Assembly (NCBI GenBank): GCA_013239625.1
Contig: MU054338.1
Location: 4,667,536-4,687,535, forward strand
DNA: 20,000 bases
Direction of reading: 5' to 3'
Source: Lama guanicoe
Lineage: Eukaryota
A program made the position numbers and the translations under genes. The notes under the pieces are model-generated. The model was not told the origin of the DNA, made no database searches, and saw nothing but the letters and a program-made list of their open reading frames with translations. How positions within the stretch are numbered: the first letter of the stretch is position 1; the number at the start of each line of letters is the position of its first letter. Below are positions 1-11,040 of the stretch, one piece after another.

Positions 1-144
1 CTACTGCAGGCAACGGAGATCAGAAGCCACGTGGGAAGTGAAAAAAGCACGGGAGGGCCTGACTGTGTGGTCCTGGGGGCAGATGGGGATTGTCAGGCAG
101 GCAGAGGGAAACAGGAGGCAAGAAAAACTGCCTGAAAACACAGG

Positions 145-370
145 GAGAAATAGTCTTTGCTGATCTGATTAAAGAAGTGAAGATGAAGTTATCCTGGGTT
201 GAGGGTGGGGACTAAACTGAATGACTGGTGTCCCTCTAAGAAGAGGACATGGAGACGTGGAGGGAAGAAGACTGTGGAGATGGAGGCGGAGGTTGTAGCT
301 ACGCTGTCACAAGCCAAGGAATGCAGGCACCTCCAGGAGCTGGAAGAAGCGTGGGAGGGTTCTCTGCTGT
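145..370 (+). mobile_element. MLT1 (ERVL-MaLR) LTR fragment, MLT1C/D-like
   Basis: Motifs gtctttgctgatctgattaa, aatgactggtgtccctctaagaagagg and cacaagccaaggaatgc...ccaggagctggaagaag match recalled MLT1B/C/D consensus segments. Confidence 0.75.
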
Positions 371-1388
371 TGGAAAACTGTGAATCAGACGTGGGACTGC
401 CCATTTATTCTCACTCAAACCATCAAAACCTGATAGGACTTCGTCTATAAAATCCTAATGACCGGGGGGCCCATCTTATGGATAGCCTGACATCGCTGAC
501 AGGACAGATGCCATCATTTAAATTCCTCAGGTCCGCAGTGATCACACCTGAACACCTGCATTTTTCCACTAACTCCCGGAAATCATGGTTCACTTCTGGG
601 AGGCGCTCAGCAATCATTCTAATGCATGGGAACAGAAAATCCAACTAAAATTAACAGAGGATAAAATGACTTAGTGGAACATGAGAGGAGAGAAGAGAGG
701 ACTCAGTGAGGGAAGAAATCAGCTCCTGTTGACTGGACTTGGGGAGTAGACTGTGTCCAGGCACAGATACACGCAGTGCACAGAGGGGGCAGGTCTTGGC
801 CTGCCCCCCCCGCCCACACCCACCTTGCTCTCCTCCCACGTGGCCTCAAACCCAGGCCGCCCCTCCTATGCTGTGATCTCACACAGCTCCACTCCCCAGA
901 ACTCCAGGTCTGGCAGATGAGAACCAAGCATATACCCGGCTCCACCTCCTGTTCCATAAAGAACCATGTGCCTGGTCCCTGTGGGACCAGACAGGGACAT
1001 GTGACATCCCGTCCCAGGACACTGGGGGTTGGAATATGCAGATTATCTCACACTGAAGAGCTGGAACCTGCCCTGGTCCTGGGATGGAGTCGGCCTCACA
1101 CCAACGCTGTGGTCTCTGGGAGGGACCTGTCACTCAGTTAAACCCAGAGTCTGTGGTTAGGGGCCCCAAGGTACAGCTGAGGACTCAACTCACGTTCTGC
1201 CCTTCTGTTCTCAGTCACTCTTTGGCCCTCTGTAATCAGCCTTCCTTCTCCACCACTGATAAAACTGCTCCATCAAAAGTGTTCAAGGAAATCCAAAAAA
1301 ATGCCAGATTTTTCCTAACCTACATCATACTCTTTCCTTCCTGATCTAGTGAAACAGTCTTCCCCTCTGGCTTCTGTAACACGACACC

Positions 1389-1498
1389 TTTATTCCACCA
1401 TTTATGTGTTTGGCATAAATGATTAATTAAGACATTTATTGAACAAATGGTTTACAAATAAAATGAACTGTTTATTTACAAGCAATGTTGTGTTTATT
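1389..1498 (-). terminator. Cluster of four AATAAA hexamers on the minus strand; candidate poly(A) signals of the MBD3L gene
   Basis: tttatt on + at 1389-1394, 1435-1440, 1471-1476 and 1493-1498, about 0.8-0.9 kb downstream of the stop at 2272. The region is AT-rich, so chance is possible. A closer variant AGTAAA lies at 2079-2084. Confidence 0.35.
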
Positions 1499-2271
1499 GA
1501 ATAATTACAAATTATGATGTACCCCACACTGTGAGGTGTACAAGTTTTGGTGACTCAGGACCTACTTCAGGCAAAGGCAATAAGTTTGCTGGCAAGTCAT
1601 TTGCAGCATAAAATATTTCCCAAGAATATGTTCCTTCTTAAGAATTGAAGGTTAAATCTTTTTTTAAAAGTCAACCAGGAAGTTTTTAGGTAACAGATAA
1701 GGATGTAACACATAGATTAAGTGCTAATTGAATTACATTAAAATGTCTTATGCCTGATTTAGCATTTGGCACAACAATGATCAAAAGAAAAGGCTGTAAC
1801 TCATGTCAGAATGAGAAGCAAAAGCAAGCTTAATAAAATACGATTTTTCTCAAATTAATTTAATATTAAAAAATAATCTCTTTAGAGTAAGTATCATTTC
1901 CTCCTTGAGTGTAATTAATGTAAGCAAATATTATACTAAAAACACTAAATAACCCCTCAGACTAGGTTACCTCCATAGGCTTCAATAAAGAAGTCATGAT
2001 AAACAGAAACTGAGGTGCACAAGGACAGCAAAAATCTTTTTCTTGTCTCATGAAACCCAATCTCTTAACACAAAACCCTTTACTCTTCCCATATTTGTCA
2101 AACACAAGAGTTCAATAGAGCACAGTGTTAATATCACAGAGCATCTTGGTCCAGAGCAGGAAGCAGGGTTGATATCCAAAGAGGCAAGTAGAAGGGAGGG
2201 CTGTCCCACAGTGAACCCCTTCCCAGGGGCCACACCACTCGGCTTCTTCAGGACGACCTTCTACTTTTCAC

Positions 2272-2871
2272 CTAGTTCTCAAGACATTCTTTTGGGCTCC
2301 TGGCTCTCTCCATCTCCCTGGCAAGCCTGTCTGCCCTCAAGGCCACAGCCAGTCTCTCCCTTGCTTTCTTCACTTTCCGAGACTGTCGGCGAATATCTGC
2401 ATATGTGACTGGATGTCGGCACAGGGGCTGCGGGAGGAAAAGATCCAATCCTGGGGCCGTCTCTGACCCGTCTGAAGACTGGACAGTGATGGGCTCAGGG
2501 CTGGTGGGCTGAGACCCTGCGCCAGCATTGCCCAGGGATTCACCTGCCACACCCGCTGCGATCATTTGTAAGATACTTGAGGAGCTCTCCAAAGTGCTGA
2601 AAGGTTCTCCTTCAGGGTTGCAGGCCTGGAGTCCCTGCAGTCTCCTGTATGCACAGACTTGCTGGGGTTTCTCCAAGGTCTCCTCCCACTTCCTGCACTT
2701 GACCACATTGCCAGGATGGGAGGTAACCCTTGTGACCGGGCTCTTGAAAATGCAGCTGGTCAGCCTCATTGGAAACGCAGCTCTGTCCCGTTGTCTCTGC
2801 TTGGCCCTGGCTAAATGGACTTTTCTTTTCTTCTCCAACAACTGGGGCATCAGACTTCTTCTGAGCTTCCC
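2272..2871 (-). CDS. MBD3L2: MBD3-like protein (MBD3L2-type), coding exon 2 (199 aa + stop)
   Basis: Translation GKLRRSLMPQLLEKKRKVHLARAKQ...PMRLTSCIFKSPVTRVTSHP...LEKPQQVCAYRRLQGLQ...VTYADIRRQSRKVKKARERLAVALRADRLAR matches the MBD3L family (MBD2/3 MBDa region and C-terminal coiled coil, no methyl-CpG-binding domain). Acceptor ttttcaaAG at 2873-2872, phase 0; TAG stop at 2274-2272. Confidence 0.93.
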   Translation of the reverse strand, partial: GKLRRSLMPQLLEKKRKVHLARAKQRQRDRAAFPMRLTSCIFKSPVTRVTSHPGNVVKCRKWEETLEKPQQVCAYRRLQGLQACNPEGEPFSTLESSSSILQMIAAGVAGESLGNAGAGSQPTSPEPITVQSSDGSETAPGLDLFLPQPLCRHPVTYADIRRQSRKVKKARERLAVALRADRLAREMERARSPKECLEN

Positions 2872-2984
2872 CTTTGAAAACAAAGTGAAATGTAAAATTT
2901 GAATAAAATTGGGGGTGGAATGACTGCCAGTCAAGGAGAATGTTCTCAGCTCATTGGACAACCACCCTTCTCTCTCCCTGGAGA

Positions 2985-3150
2985 AATGGGTCTTGAACTG
3001 ATCTGTGCATCACAGTCATCTGGAGGGCTCTTAAAACTCAGATTTCTGGATCTCAACCCAACTGAGTCCAGGTGGGGATAACAATTTGCATTTCTGTGTT
3101 CCCAGCTGATGGTGACACTGCTGGTACAGGCATCACACGTTGAGAACTGG
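2985..3150. mobile_element. MER5A-like hAT-Charlie DNA transposon (intronic)
   Basis: tgcatcacagtcatctggagggctcttaaaactcaga...aatttgcatttct...ttcccagctgatggtgacactgctggtacaggcatcacacgttgagaac matches recalled MER5A consensus. Confidence 0.8.
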
Positions 3151-3699
3151 GGCATCGAGCAGATATGCACCAAGGACAGAAAGCTCAAGGTCACTCCCCA
3201 GCACCAATTCCAGACTCTTGCCCCTCCACCAGCCTTCTCTGAGGATGTTTTCCTCTTCCCATCTCTGTCACTGTCAACCACACACATGCTGGTATCCCTT
3301 ACCCACCATCATTTGGACAGAGGGATCACAGTATCATTTGTATCCCAAGATATTAAACTTTTCAGTATCTCCCTTTCACTTTGCTTTAAGACACATGATC
3401 ACTTAGTTTTCATCGTCCTTTAGTGCCTCATCTCCAGCAAAATCGTGTACCTCTCAGCCCTTAGACTCACTTTCACACCCAAGTCCCACCTTCACTCAAA
3501 TATTCTTCTGCTCCTAAAGCAACTTAGAAAATCCATATTCCATCACACAGTTCCATTTAAGCACAAAGAAATCCTCTGTAAACAGTCATTTTTACTCCTC
3601 TGACTCCCTTCCTTCCCTGCTCCTCCTCCTCCTCTGTCAGTCTGGGCTCTACCATCTCGCTTAACACAACAACCAATGCTCCTTAGAAGTCGGTCCTGC

Positions 3700-4300
3700 T
3701 CACACATCTGTTCCAGATCTACACCTTCCTCTAGACAATCCCATCCATCTCCCTGGCTCCAAATATCATCAATGAACTAGAAACGCACACAGAATCAGCA
3801 CTGACCTGGTTTAATCATAAAATCCAAGTATCCCTCTGCCCACTCACCATATCGTTGATAAAATCAATGACTCAACTCACCAATCAGTAACCAAGTCCCA
3901 TGTTGAACTGGGTGGTTCCCCAAATCAATCATGCTTGTCTCAGTGTCCCCTAAACTCATTTTTTGGTACTAATACCCCACCTGCCCCTGAATGGCATTCT
4001 GGACACCCTACCTCCCCACACTCTTTTTCCAATTAATCATCCATTTGCCTTCCTGAATCCACCTGAAGTTCCTCAAATTTTGAATAATTCTTGCACACCT
4101 TTCATTTGACCTAAAAAAATGCCATTTCCACAGAATGACCTTTCCTGATCCAGCATTGAATTAACATTACATTTTCTCTGTGTTAACTTTTTTCAATTTT
4201 TAATTTGATTTGTAGTATTATCTATTTATTTTCTACGTCTTCCTGACTAAGTCGGGTACTTGAGAAGAGAGGACGCATGAGGAACTGAATGTTTACACTG
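3700..4300 (+). mobile_element. Degraded L2 LINE fragments (intronic)
   Basis: Pyrimidine-rich stretch with L2-like segments (atcccatccatctccctggctccaaatatcatc; gacctttcctgatcc). Boundaries approximate. Confidence 0.45.
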
Positions 4301-5350
4301 ATGCAGTCACATCACTTTCATGGCTGAACGAGCTCAGATATCTTTTCTGAGAGAAGTTATTCAAACTCCAAAAAATACTTTCCAAATTTTTCAAATAAAT
4401 ACACAGAACTACCAATATTAAATGCTTTCATCTCTTTTCTGGTAGACTGCAAGAAATTATTCCTAAGATTTCAAATCCTTCCTCTCTGTAATCCACTCTA
4501 AGACTCTTCACAATAATCTATTTAAAATGTAAACCTAATCAGTGCGCCTTCCTTTTAAATCGCACATTTCTGTCTACAGAAGATATTTTATAAAATAGAA
4601 AAGCAAAAATCTCATTTTATTACTGTTGTCCTGCTGTTATTAATGCTACCCCTTTTATTACTCAAGATGTTCTAGTTTGGAGGGGAAATCACTTGATCCT
4701 CCCATTTATAGATCACCTATCATATATGCCAAGTAGTGCACTAAAACTCCCCACTCAGAATTTAACTTAACAAAGTCATTGCCCCAGACTATTTTACTCT
4801 TGATGAGAGAAAAGGGTTATAGACTAAGGAATGTCTAATAGTGTTGGGTATAGTTAAGTGCTATGATAAACAGTAAGGTCAACACAGAGACAGTGACAGA
4901 GGGAGGTATGGAGGAAGAGAAGGAAGAAGGGAGAAAGAAATTAACTACAATTATTAATGATGACGAGATTGGGGAAAGCCTAACTGGTGACATATTTGAA
5001 GCAGAAAACAGAATTTTTATAAAAGAAGAAAAAAAAAAGACCAAGCACATTGTGGGTAAAGAATTTTCTGTAAAGGAAAATAATTTAAACACCCTAGGAC
5101 CAAATACTACTCCCACTACACAGTGACTTGGGTTTTAAAAATTTTTATCTACTATCCCAAGAAAGCAGCATATATAAAAATACACAAAATCTTGAATTAT
5201 TTCTTAACAAATATTAACACCTAGGAAATAACGTGCAATAAGGTTACTTCTTGTTTTAAGAGCCAAAGTCCACTAACTTAAAGAGATTTTACAGAAGGAA
5301 AAAAGCATACAACTGGACACTCTTGTCATCAGTTTGGATTCCACACTCAC

Positions 5351-5392
5351 CAGAAGAGGCTGGCTTGGAAAGGTCGATGCGGGTTCCCCCAT
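5351..5392 (-). CDS. MBD3L2: MBD3L2-type coding exon 1 (MGEPASTFPSQPLL)
   Basis: ATG at 5392-5390 in a good Kozak context (aagATGG); 14 codons, then donor CTG|GTGAGT at 5350, phase 0, matching the exon 2 acceptor. Peptide resembles the recalled human MBD3L2 N-terminus MGEPAFTSFPSLPVL|GKLKR. Confidence 0.9.
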
Positions 5393-5449
5393 CTTCCAAG
5401 AGTTGTCTTCTGACCCACTCCTGAGATGCAGTCTGTGGTTTGCTGGAAA

Positions 5450-5525
5450 GTGCATTGACTTCAGCCTCTTATTCCCCTTTTATAGAGGAAGAGGGTAGAT
5501 AATCCAATCGGTGGATAATCCAGAG
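5450..5525 (-). promoter_or_regulatory. MBD3L core promoter: TATA box plus DUX-like and TAATCC homeodomain motifs
   Basis: TATAAAA on - at 5484-5478, about 90 bp upstream of the ATG, predicting a TSS near 5455. TAATCCAATCG at 5500-5510; second GATAATCC at 5514-5521. Confidence 0.7.
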
Positions 5526-5700
5526 GAGACACCCTATCTCAGATCAAAGGGTTTGGAGAGGCTCCTAAATCTTTATACACAAGCACAAAAATATGGGGCT
5601 GTTTACACTGTGGCATGCTGTCCTAGATGAAAAAATGTAATCCATTTGTGAATAGAGGTGCTATTTGCACTTTCTATCAACACTTTACTGTTTCCTTTTT

Positions 5701-5769
5701 TATTGATGTACAGTAACAATGTGTCAATTTCTGGTGTACAGCACAATGTCCCAATCATGCTTATATTAA
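5701..5769 (-). mobile_element. Very short 5'-truncated young L1 3' end with 12-bp TSD
   Basis: acaatgtgtcaatttctggtgtacagca is the near reverse complement of the L1 tail at ~17682-17710. Flanked by tgtttccttttt at 5689-5700 and 5770-5781. Confidence 0.8.
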
Positions 5770-5819
5770 TGTTTCCTTTTTCACTCAGTATGGATGCCTT
5801 CCACAAAAAGTTATAAAAG

Positions 5820-6480
5820 TTATGCATCTCACAAATTTTGATGTTGTATTTTCATTTTCACTTAGCTCTATTTATTTTTATTTCCTTTGAGAGTTCCTAT
5901 CAGAACCATGGGTTTTTTTAAAACGTGTACATTTCCAATTGTTTGGTGATTTTCTAAACAAAATTGACTTGAAGGATGGTCAGAGAACATACTCTGTTTG
6001 ATTTCAATTCTTTTAAATTTGTTGACGTTTATTTCATGACCCAGAACATGGTCTATCTTAGTGAATATTCCATGGTGCTTGATTTGAATGTGTATTCTGG
6101 TGTTGTTGGGTGGAGTATCCAATACGTCAACTGTGTCTTATAAACACAGTTGATACTGTTGTTTGATGGACTGTTCACTACTTACCTGTTTTCACACTGT
6201 CTAATAGTACTATCAACTGCTGAGGGAGATGTTGAGAGGGGCGTGGAAGTTCCCAACTATAATTTTGGATTTGTCAATTTCTCCTTTCAGTAATATCTGT
6301 TTTTAATACATATATATTGATGCTCTGTTGTAATTACTGTCTTCTTGGTGGATTGACCCATTTTTCCATGATATAACATCTCACTTTGTCACTTGTAATT
6401 TTCTTTGAGCTGAAATTCACTTTATCTTACAACAGTATAGGCATTTGGCTTTTTTTTAATTAATGTTTGCACCGTGTAAG
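5820..6480 (-). mobile_element. Old L1M fragment (ORF2 endonuclease region)
   Basis: Minus ORF 5868-6122 contains HGIFTKIDHVLGH...KFKRIEIKQSMFSDH, the C-terminal motifs of the L1 ORF2 APE endonuclease. T-rich on +. Confidence 0.88.
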
Positions 6481-6484
6481 CTTC

Positions 6485-7200
6485 CCTCCGACGTTCTGTG
6501 TAGAACTGAGCCCCAGCCCGTCGCACATGCCAGTCTAGCCTTATCCTTACCACGTGTTCGCCCAGCAAACTCGCTACCCGCTCACAGCCCCGCCCCCGGA
6601 GAGCCACGCCCCCCGCTCCAGGGGCCGCCCCCGGGCCGTTCCCCGCCCACGACCCCCGCTTCCCAGGCAGATGCTGGTCCCCATTCCCAGGCAGATCCGG
6701 CCCCCGCCCAAGTTTGCACAAAGTAAGCAAACGAAAAGCCCTCGGCCGGAGGCTGGGGTGCGCGGCCGCTGCCCCCGCCGGCAGACTCAGGTGGGACAGC
6801 CCGAAGGTCCCCATCTCCGCCCGGCAGCCCGAGACCGGAAGCGGAAGTGCGTGGGGCGGGGGCGGGGCGGGGCGGAGTCTTGCCTACGGCGGGGAGTCCA
6901 GGCCGGTCTGCACGCCAGGGCGGAAGCCCGCGTGACGCGAGACTCGGTGAGCGGCGGGAGGGCAGGGCCTCGGGGGAGTCCGGGGCGGGCGTGGACGGCG
7001 GGCAGTCCCTAGTCACGAGCTCCCGCGTCCCATCGTCCCTCTCGGGAGCCCCTTTTCCTCCCCAGGGGCTTCGCATCGCTTCCTCGGCCTGGGAAGCTGC
7101 TGTTTTCACGCTGCCCCCTCCTCAGAGTCCCCCGCATCACTCTCACCTGGGGGCCACCCTTCCCGCAACCCCAGGGTGCTTTTGGCCACGTCCGAAGATG
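6485..7200. promoter_or_regulatory. CpG island promoter with tandem ETS/GABP sites and Sp/KLF GC boxes
   Basis: Very high GC and CpG density against CpG-poor flanks. CCGGAAGCGGAAGTG at 6835-6849, repeated GGGGCGGG at 6853-6876, GCGGAAG at 6920-6926, GTGACG at ~6932, CACGTG at 6551-6556. Confidence 0.9.
6880..6946 (+). other. Putative non-coding first exon of the ZNF557-like transcript (5' boundary uncertain)
   Basis: Donor TCG|GTGAGC at 6946/6947, just downstream of the ETS/GC-box cluster. This is a typical KRAB-ZNF first-exon layout. Confidence 0.55.
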
Positions 7201-7712
7201 CTCTAGGTTGTCACCACCTGGGAGGGAGAGAGGTGTGCTGGCACCTGGGGGTGGTGGCCAGGGACGCTGTTCAACCTCCTGTAATGTACAGGACGGCCCG
7301 CATGACAAGGAACTTTCCAGCCTCGAATGTCAGCAGTGCTCCGGTTGGGAAACCCTGCTCAAGGGCCTTAAAATCTCTGAAGTTTTGAATGAACTGTGGA
7401 AATCGTCTACAATTCAGCTGTCACTTGTAGGGCCCGTAAGTGACAAGTTGTTTTTAAAGTGTCTCGAGTCGCGGTAAAATCTCTGTCCAGCCAAATGAGC
7501 TGAGCTAATCAAATGCACACAGTGTGAAGCTTTTTGTCCCATTTGGGGAGCAGATGGCTGGATAGGATTCAGCAAAAGCTAGCCACGGCCAATAGTTAAA
7601 TCAGTAAACACACACACACGAAAGGTGAATGGGGTGTTTTTTCTATCCAGTAACTGTATTACACCCTATTGAAAGCCTCAGTAGCAATATTTGTACTTTT
7701 TTCCCCCCACAG

Positions 7713-7804
7713 ACAAGAAAAGCATCTCTGGAGCTCAAGTTTCCGTTGTAAACGGCCTCAAGGTCCACATGTCCTGGGTGATCTGTGGATTTCTGTGTGA
7801 CCAG
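7713..7804 (+). other. Putative 92-nt non-coding (5' UTR-type) exon
   Basis: Strong acceptor tactttttt-ccccccacAG ending 7712 and consensus donor CAG|GTGAGT at 7804/7805. Confidence 0.7.
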
Positions 7805-7989
7805 GTGAGTAGTGTATGGAACTTGTAAGATCAGGTTCCAGCAGCTTCAGCTGTGCGGAACTGTTCAGGGGCCTTACCGTGCTCAGGTTGAAAACACAAG
7901 GAGTCGCTAAGAGTCTGGGGCTAAAAATTAAATTACTCAATGTCCTTATAAAATATTCAAATGTTTAAAATTTTGATTAAAACTTTTCT

Positions 7990-8224
7990 TTGCAGTTGGT
8001 TCAAAACTAAGATGATATAAAAGGTTTACCTTACAAAGTCTTGCCCTCACCTGTTCGTGCATTCTGTTCTTAGCCACCTCTGGGTAATTACTTTTATTGG
8101 CTTACCATGCATTTTTAACCTATTACAGGTTTTCTTTAAGTAAACACAGGCAAGCAAATATATTATCATTTCCGCTTTACTTACACAAAACATTGTGGAA
8201 CTGTATGCATTTTTCCTTGCCTTG

Positions 8225-8268
<44 letters not shown>

Positions 8269-9070
8269 GCTTAACAAAAACTGAAGATTTTTCCATTGTT
8301 AGTGCATAGAGTACTTTGCTCTTTTTAACTGTGAATAGTGTTAGAAACCAAAATCTAGACACTGGGTGTGCTAAGTGCATCTGGAGTATCATGGCTTTTA
8401 GGACCTTTCACTGGATATAGCTAGGAAATACACATTTTTTAAACCATAAGTTTAGTGTATTTCTTATTCAAATTTAACTTTACAGTGGCTTTTTTCCTTA
8501 CCTTCTTTGATTTCATATTAATCTCTTATGTGTTATATTAAAAATGTTGGTTCCTGATAACACTGATCTGTTTACTTGATGGTGTTCTCCATCAGTGTAT
8601 GTAACAAGCGACTCTCCGAAGCTTTGCTGTTCTTTCCTTGCAGTCTCGCTCTGGAATTATGCTCTGAATGTAAACCTCCCAAAATACGAAACAACATATA
8701 CACGCGAGGTTATGCATGGGAGGATTATTTCCAACAGCAAAAGATGAGAAACAACTCAAATGTCCATCAATAGGAAACTGGCAGAATTGGCAATATACTT
8801 TGTTTTAACGTCATACGAAAGCATTTTTTTCCGAACTGTGTTGTGATCATGTTTCCAAGTTGATGTGCAGTTAGGCTCATTTGGTTATTTGTTTTCAGTG
8901 TGAAGGATTGCAGTTGTGTTTTTAAAATATGGTTCCAAAGTCAAAACTCTATAAAAAGTCATGTTCAGGGGAATCTAAATTCAACTCCCGTCACCTCAGT
9001 TATTCTTCTGCCCTTATTGGTTACCATTTACATTCATTTGTTTTATCCTCTCCGCATTTCTTGATCTGGT
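7990..9070. mobile_element. Mosaic of old L1MC/L1ME 3' fragments (mostly minus; a plus-strand piece at ~8700-8800)
   Basis: aaaccaaaatctagacactgggtgtgc...atagctaggaaata resembles L1MC4. acaactcaaatgtccatcaatagg at ~8751-8774 is a canonical L1M ORF2-end/3' UTR motif. Confidence 0.65.
8215..8267. repeat. (CCTTG)3 followed by a T37 homopolymer
   Basis: Directly visible; the T run is 8231-8267. Confidence 0.95.
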
Positions 9071-9129
9071 AGATAAGAAATAGCATCAGTGTGGTTGCAA
9101 TGTGCATCTCTTGTTTCTGTGAATAAGAT

Positions 9130-9430
9130 CTCAGTGATTCCACCAAAGGCATTGTCCTTGAAATGTTAGTGGTAGAAACCAGAATGTGCCGTGTAGAGTG
9201 AGCGGGAGGGGAGAAAATGAGACAGAGTGAAAAAACTGGCTGTGATGAGGGTGGGAGACTGGGTGATAAATGGGAAGAAAGCTGTGCTCTTGGGGTAGAT
9301 TTATTTCACTGCTGAAAATACTACATTGGGTTTAAATGGTGTGAGGAGGTCTGGTGGAGTGGGAGAGCTTGAAGAGAGGGGGGACTAGACATAACTGATA
9401 GTGTACAGCTCCTAAATGTGGGCGGGATGG
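9130..9430 (-). mobile_element. L2 fragment
   Basis: Purine-rich stretch with L2-like segments (gagtgagcgggaggggagaaaatgagacag...ggctgtgatgaggg). Confidence 0.5.
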
Positions 9431-9457
9431 AACACAGAGCAGAGCTGCAGAGCCTGG

Positions 9458-9516
9458 CCCAGGACCTCATGCTTGCTAAGCACGCGTTCCGCCACTGAGC
9501 TATACCCCTACCCCCC
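9458..9516 (-). mobile_element. 3'-truncated tRNA-derived SINE (camelid Vic-1-like)
   Basis: Reverse complement GGGGTATAGCTCAGTGGCGGAACGCGTGCTTAGCAAGCATGAGGTCCTGGG matches the head of the full copy at 15701. Similarity stops before the B box. Confidence 0.85.
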
Positions 9517-9519
9517 TGA

Positions 9520-9653
9520 TTTATTCATTATTTAATTACTGCATAAAAAATTATCCCAAACCTTCGTCCCTCAAAACAACAAAAATCACATATCATCGCT
9601 CACAGTTTGTGTAGTTCAGAAATTCAGGAGCAGCTTAGCTAGAAGGTTCTGGC
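9520..9653 (-). mobile_element. MLT1 LTR terminal fragment abutting the zinc-finger remnant
   Basis: aaattatcccaaaccttcgtccctcaaaacaac...ctcacagtttgtgtagttcagaaattcaggagcagcttagct is homologous to the start of the MLT1F copy at ~10255-10350. Confidence 0.75.
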
Positions 9654-10236
<583 letters not shown>

Positions 10237-10757
10237 TGTGTAAATTGTCTGTTGTGTAACAAATTGGCCCCAACACTTAGTGGTTTAAAAACAGCAGGCA
10301 TTTATTATCCCACGGTTCATGTAGGTCAGGAGTTCAGAAGCATTTTGGCTACGTAGTTCTAGCTCAGGCTCTCATGAGGTTGCAGTCAAGGTGCCACCTA
10401 GAACTGTGCTCGTCAGAAGTCTTTAGGACTGAAGGGTCCCCTTTGAAGACAGCTTACCTCACATGCCTGGCCACCTAGAGCCAGTGGTTGGCGTGGGGCC
10501 TGCAGTTCATCACCACGCAGACCTCTCCACAGTGCCGAGGGTCTTTACAGTATGGCGGCAGGTAAATGATCCAGAAGAGGTGATGCAGAAGCCGTGATGT
10601 CTTTTATGACCTAACCTCAGAAGGATATATTCTTTCTTCATCTGTACGGTGTTGGCCACCCAGAAAGATCCTGACTCAGTGTGGGAGGGGCCCACACAAA
10701 GTATGAATACTAGTAGGCAGAGATCACTGGGAACCATCTTGGAGGCTGGTCATGACT
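10237..10757 (-). mobile_element. Near full-length MLT1F-like solo LTR
   Basis: tgtgtaacaaatt...acttagtggtttaaa...catttattatc...ctcatgaggttgcagtcaag...cttttatgacctaacctcagaag...gggaaccatcttggaggctgg matches recalled MLT1F consensus. Confidence 0.85.
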
Positions 10758-10759
10758 CA

Positions 10760-11040
10760 GTGAAGAAAAGCTATCTTCAGACCTTCACCCTCCCAATTTA
10801 ATCAGTGTGGGGTGGCATTCTGTAACCCACATGTTAACTTACTCTGGAGAGAAACCTTACAAATGCAGTCTATGTGGTGAAACCTTCAACTCAACTCAGA
10901 ATGTTTTTGTGCACACAGGCAAAAAATTGCCTACTGGGGAGAAACAGGAGGAAAGCAGTTCTGTGATATCTCTGGTGAATCAGAACAGTCCACACCAAGA
11001 GAAAACCCTGCAACTGCCATCAGAATGGAAAACCCTTGAG
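10760..11040 (+). pseudogene. More highly decayed C2H2 finger relics downstream of the MLT1F
   Basis: ORF 10807-11058 reads HMLTYSGEKPYKCSLCGETFN...VHTGKKLP. gagaaaaccctgcaactgccatcagaatggaaaaccc at ~10999-11035 is another linker/finger relic. Confidence 0.7.

Noticed and set aside
423..1344. ORFs and a GC-box/E-box patch (~800-870) as a possible exon or promoter of a neighbouring gene
   Set aside because: No recognisable protein similarity or convincing exon structure from sequence alone.
2872..2961. N-terminal 30 aa of the 229-aa ORF (MSNELRTF...)
   Set aside because: Lies upstream of a clear splice acceptor; the family-like N-terminus is supplied by the exon at 5351-5392.
4863..5126. 87-aa Glu/Lys-rich ORF antisense in the MBD3L intron
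   Set aside because: Arises from purine-rich low-complexity sequence; no recognisable domain.
6463..7477. Overlapping Pro/Gly/Arg-rich ORFs in the CpG island
   Set aside because: Expected from stop-codon scarcity at high GC, with no family similarity. Only the 6814 ATG segment is kept, as a hypothesis.
8047..8392. Poly-Lys/poly-Phe ORFs
   Set aside because: Artefacts of the T37 run.
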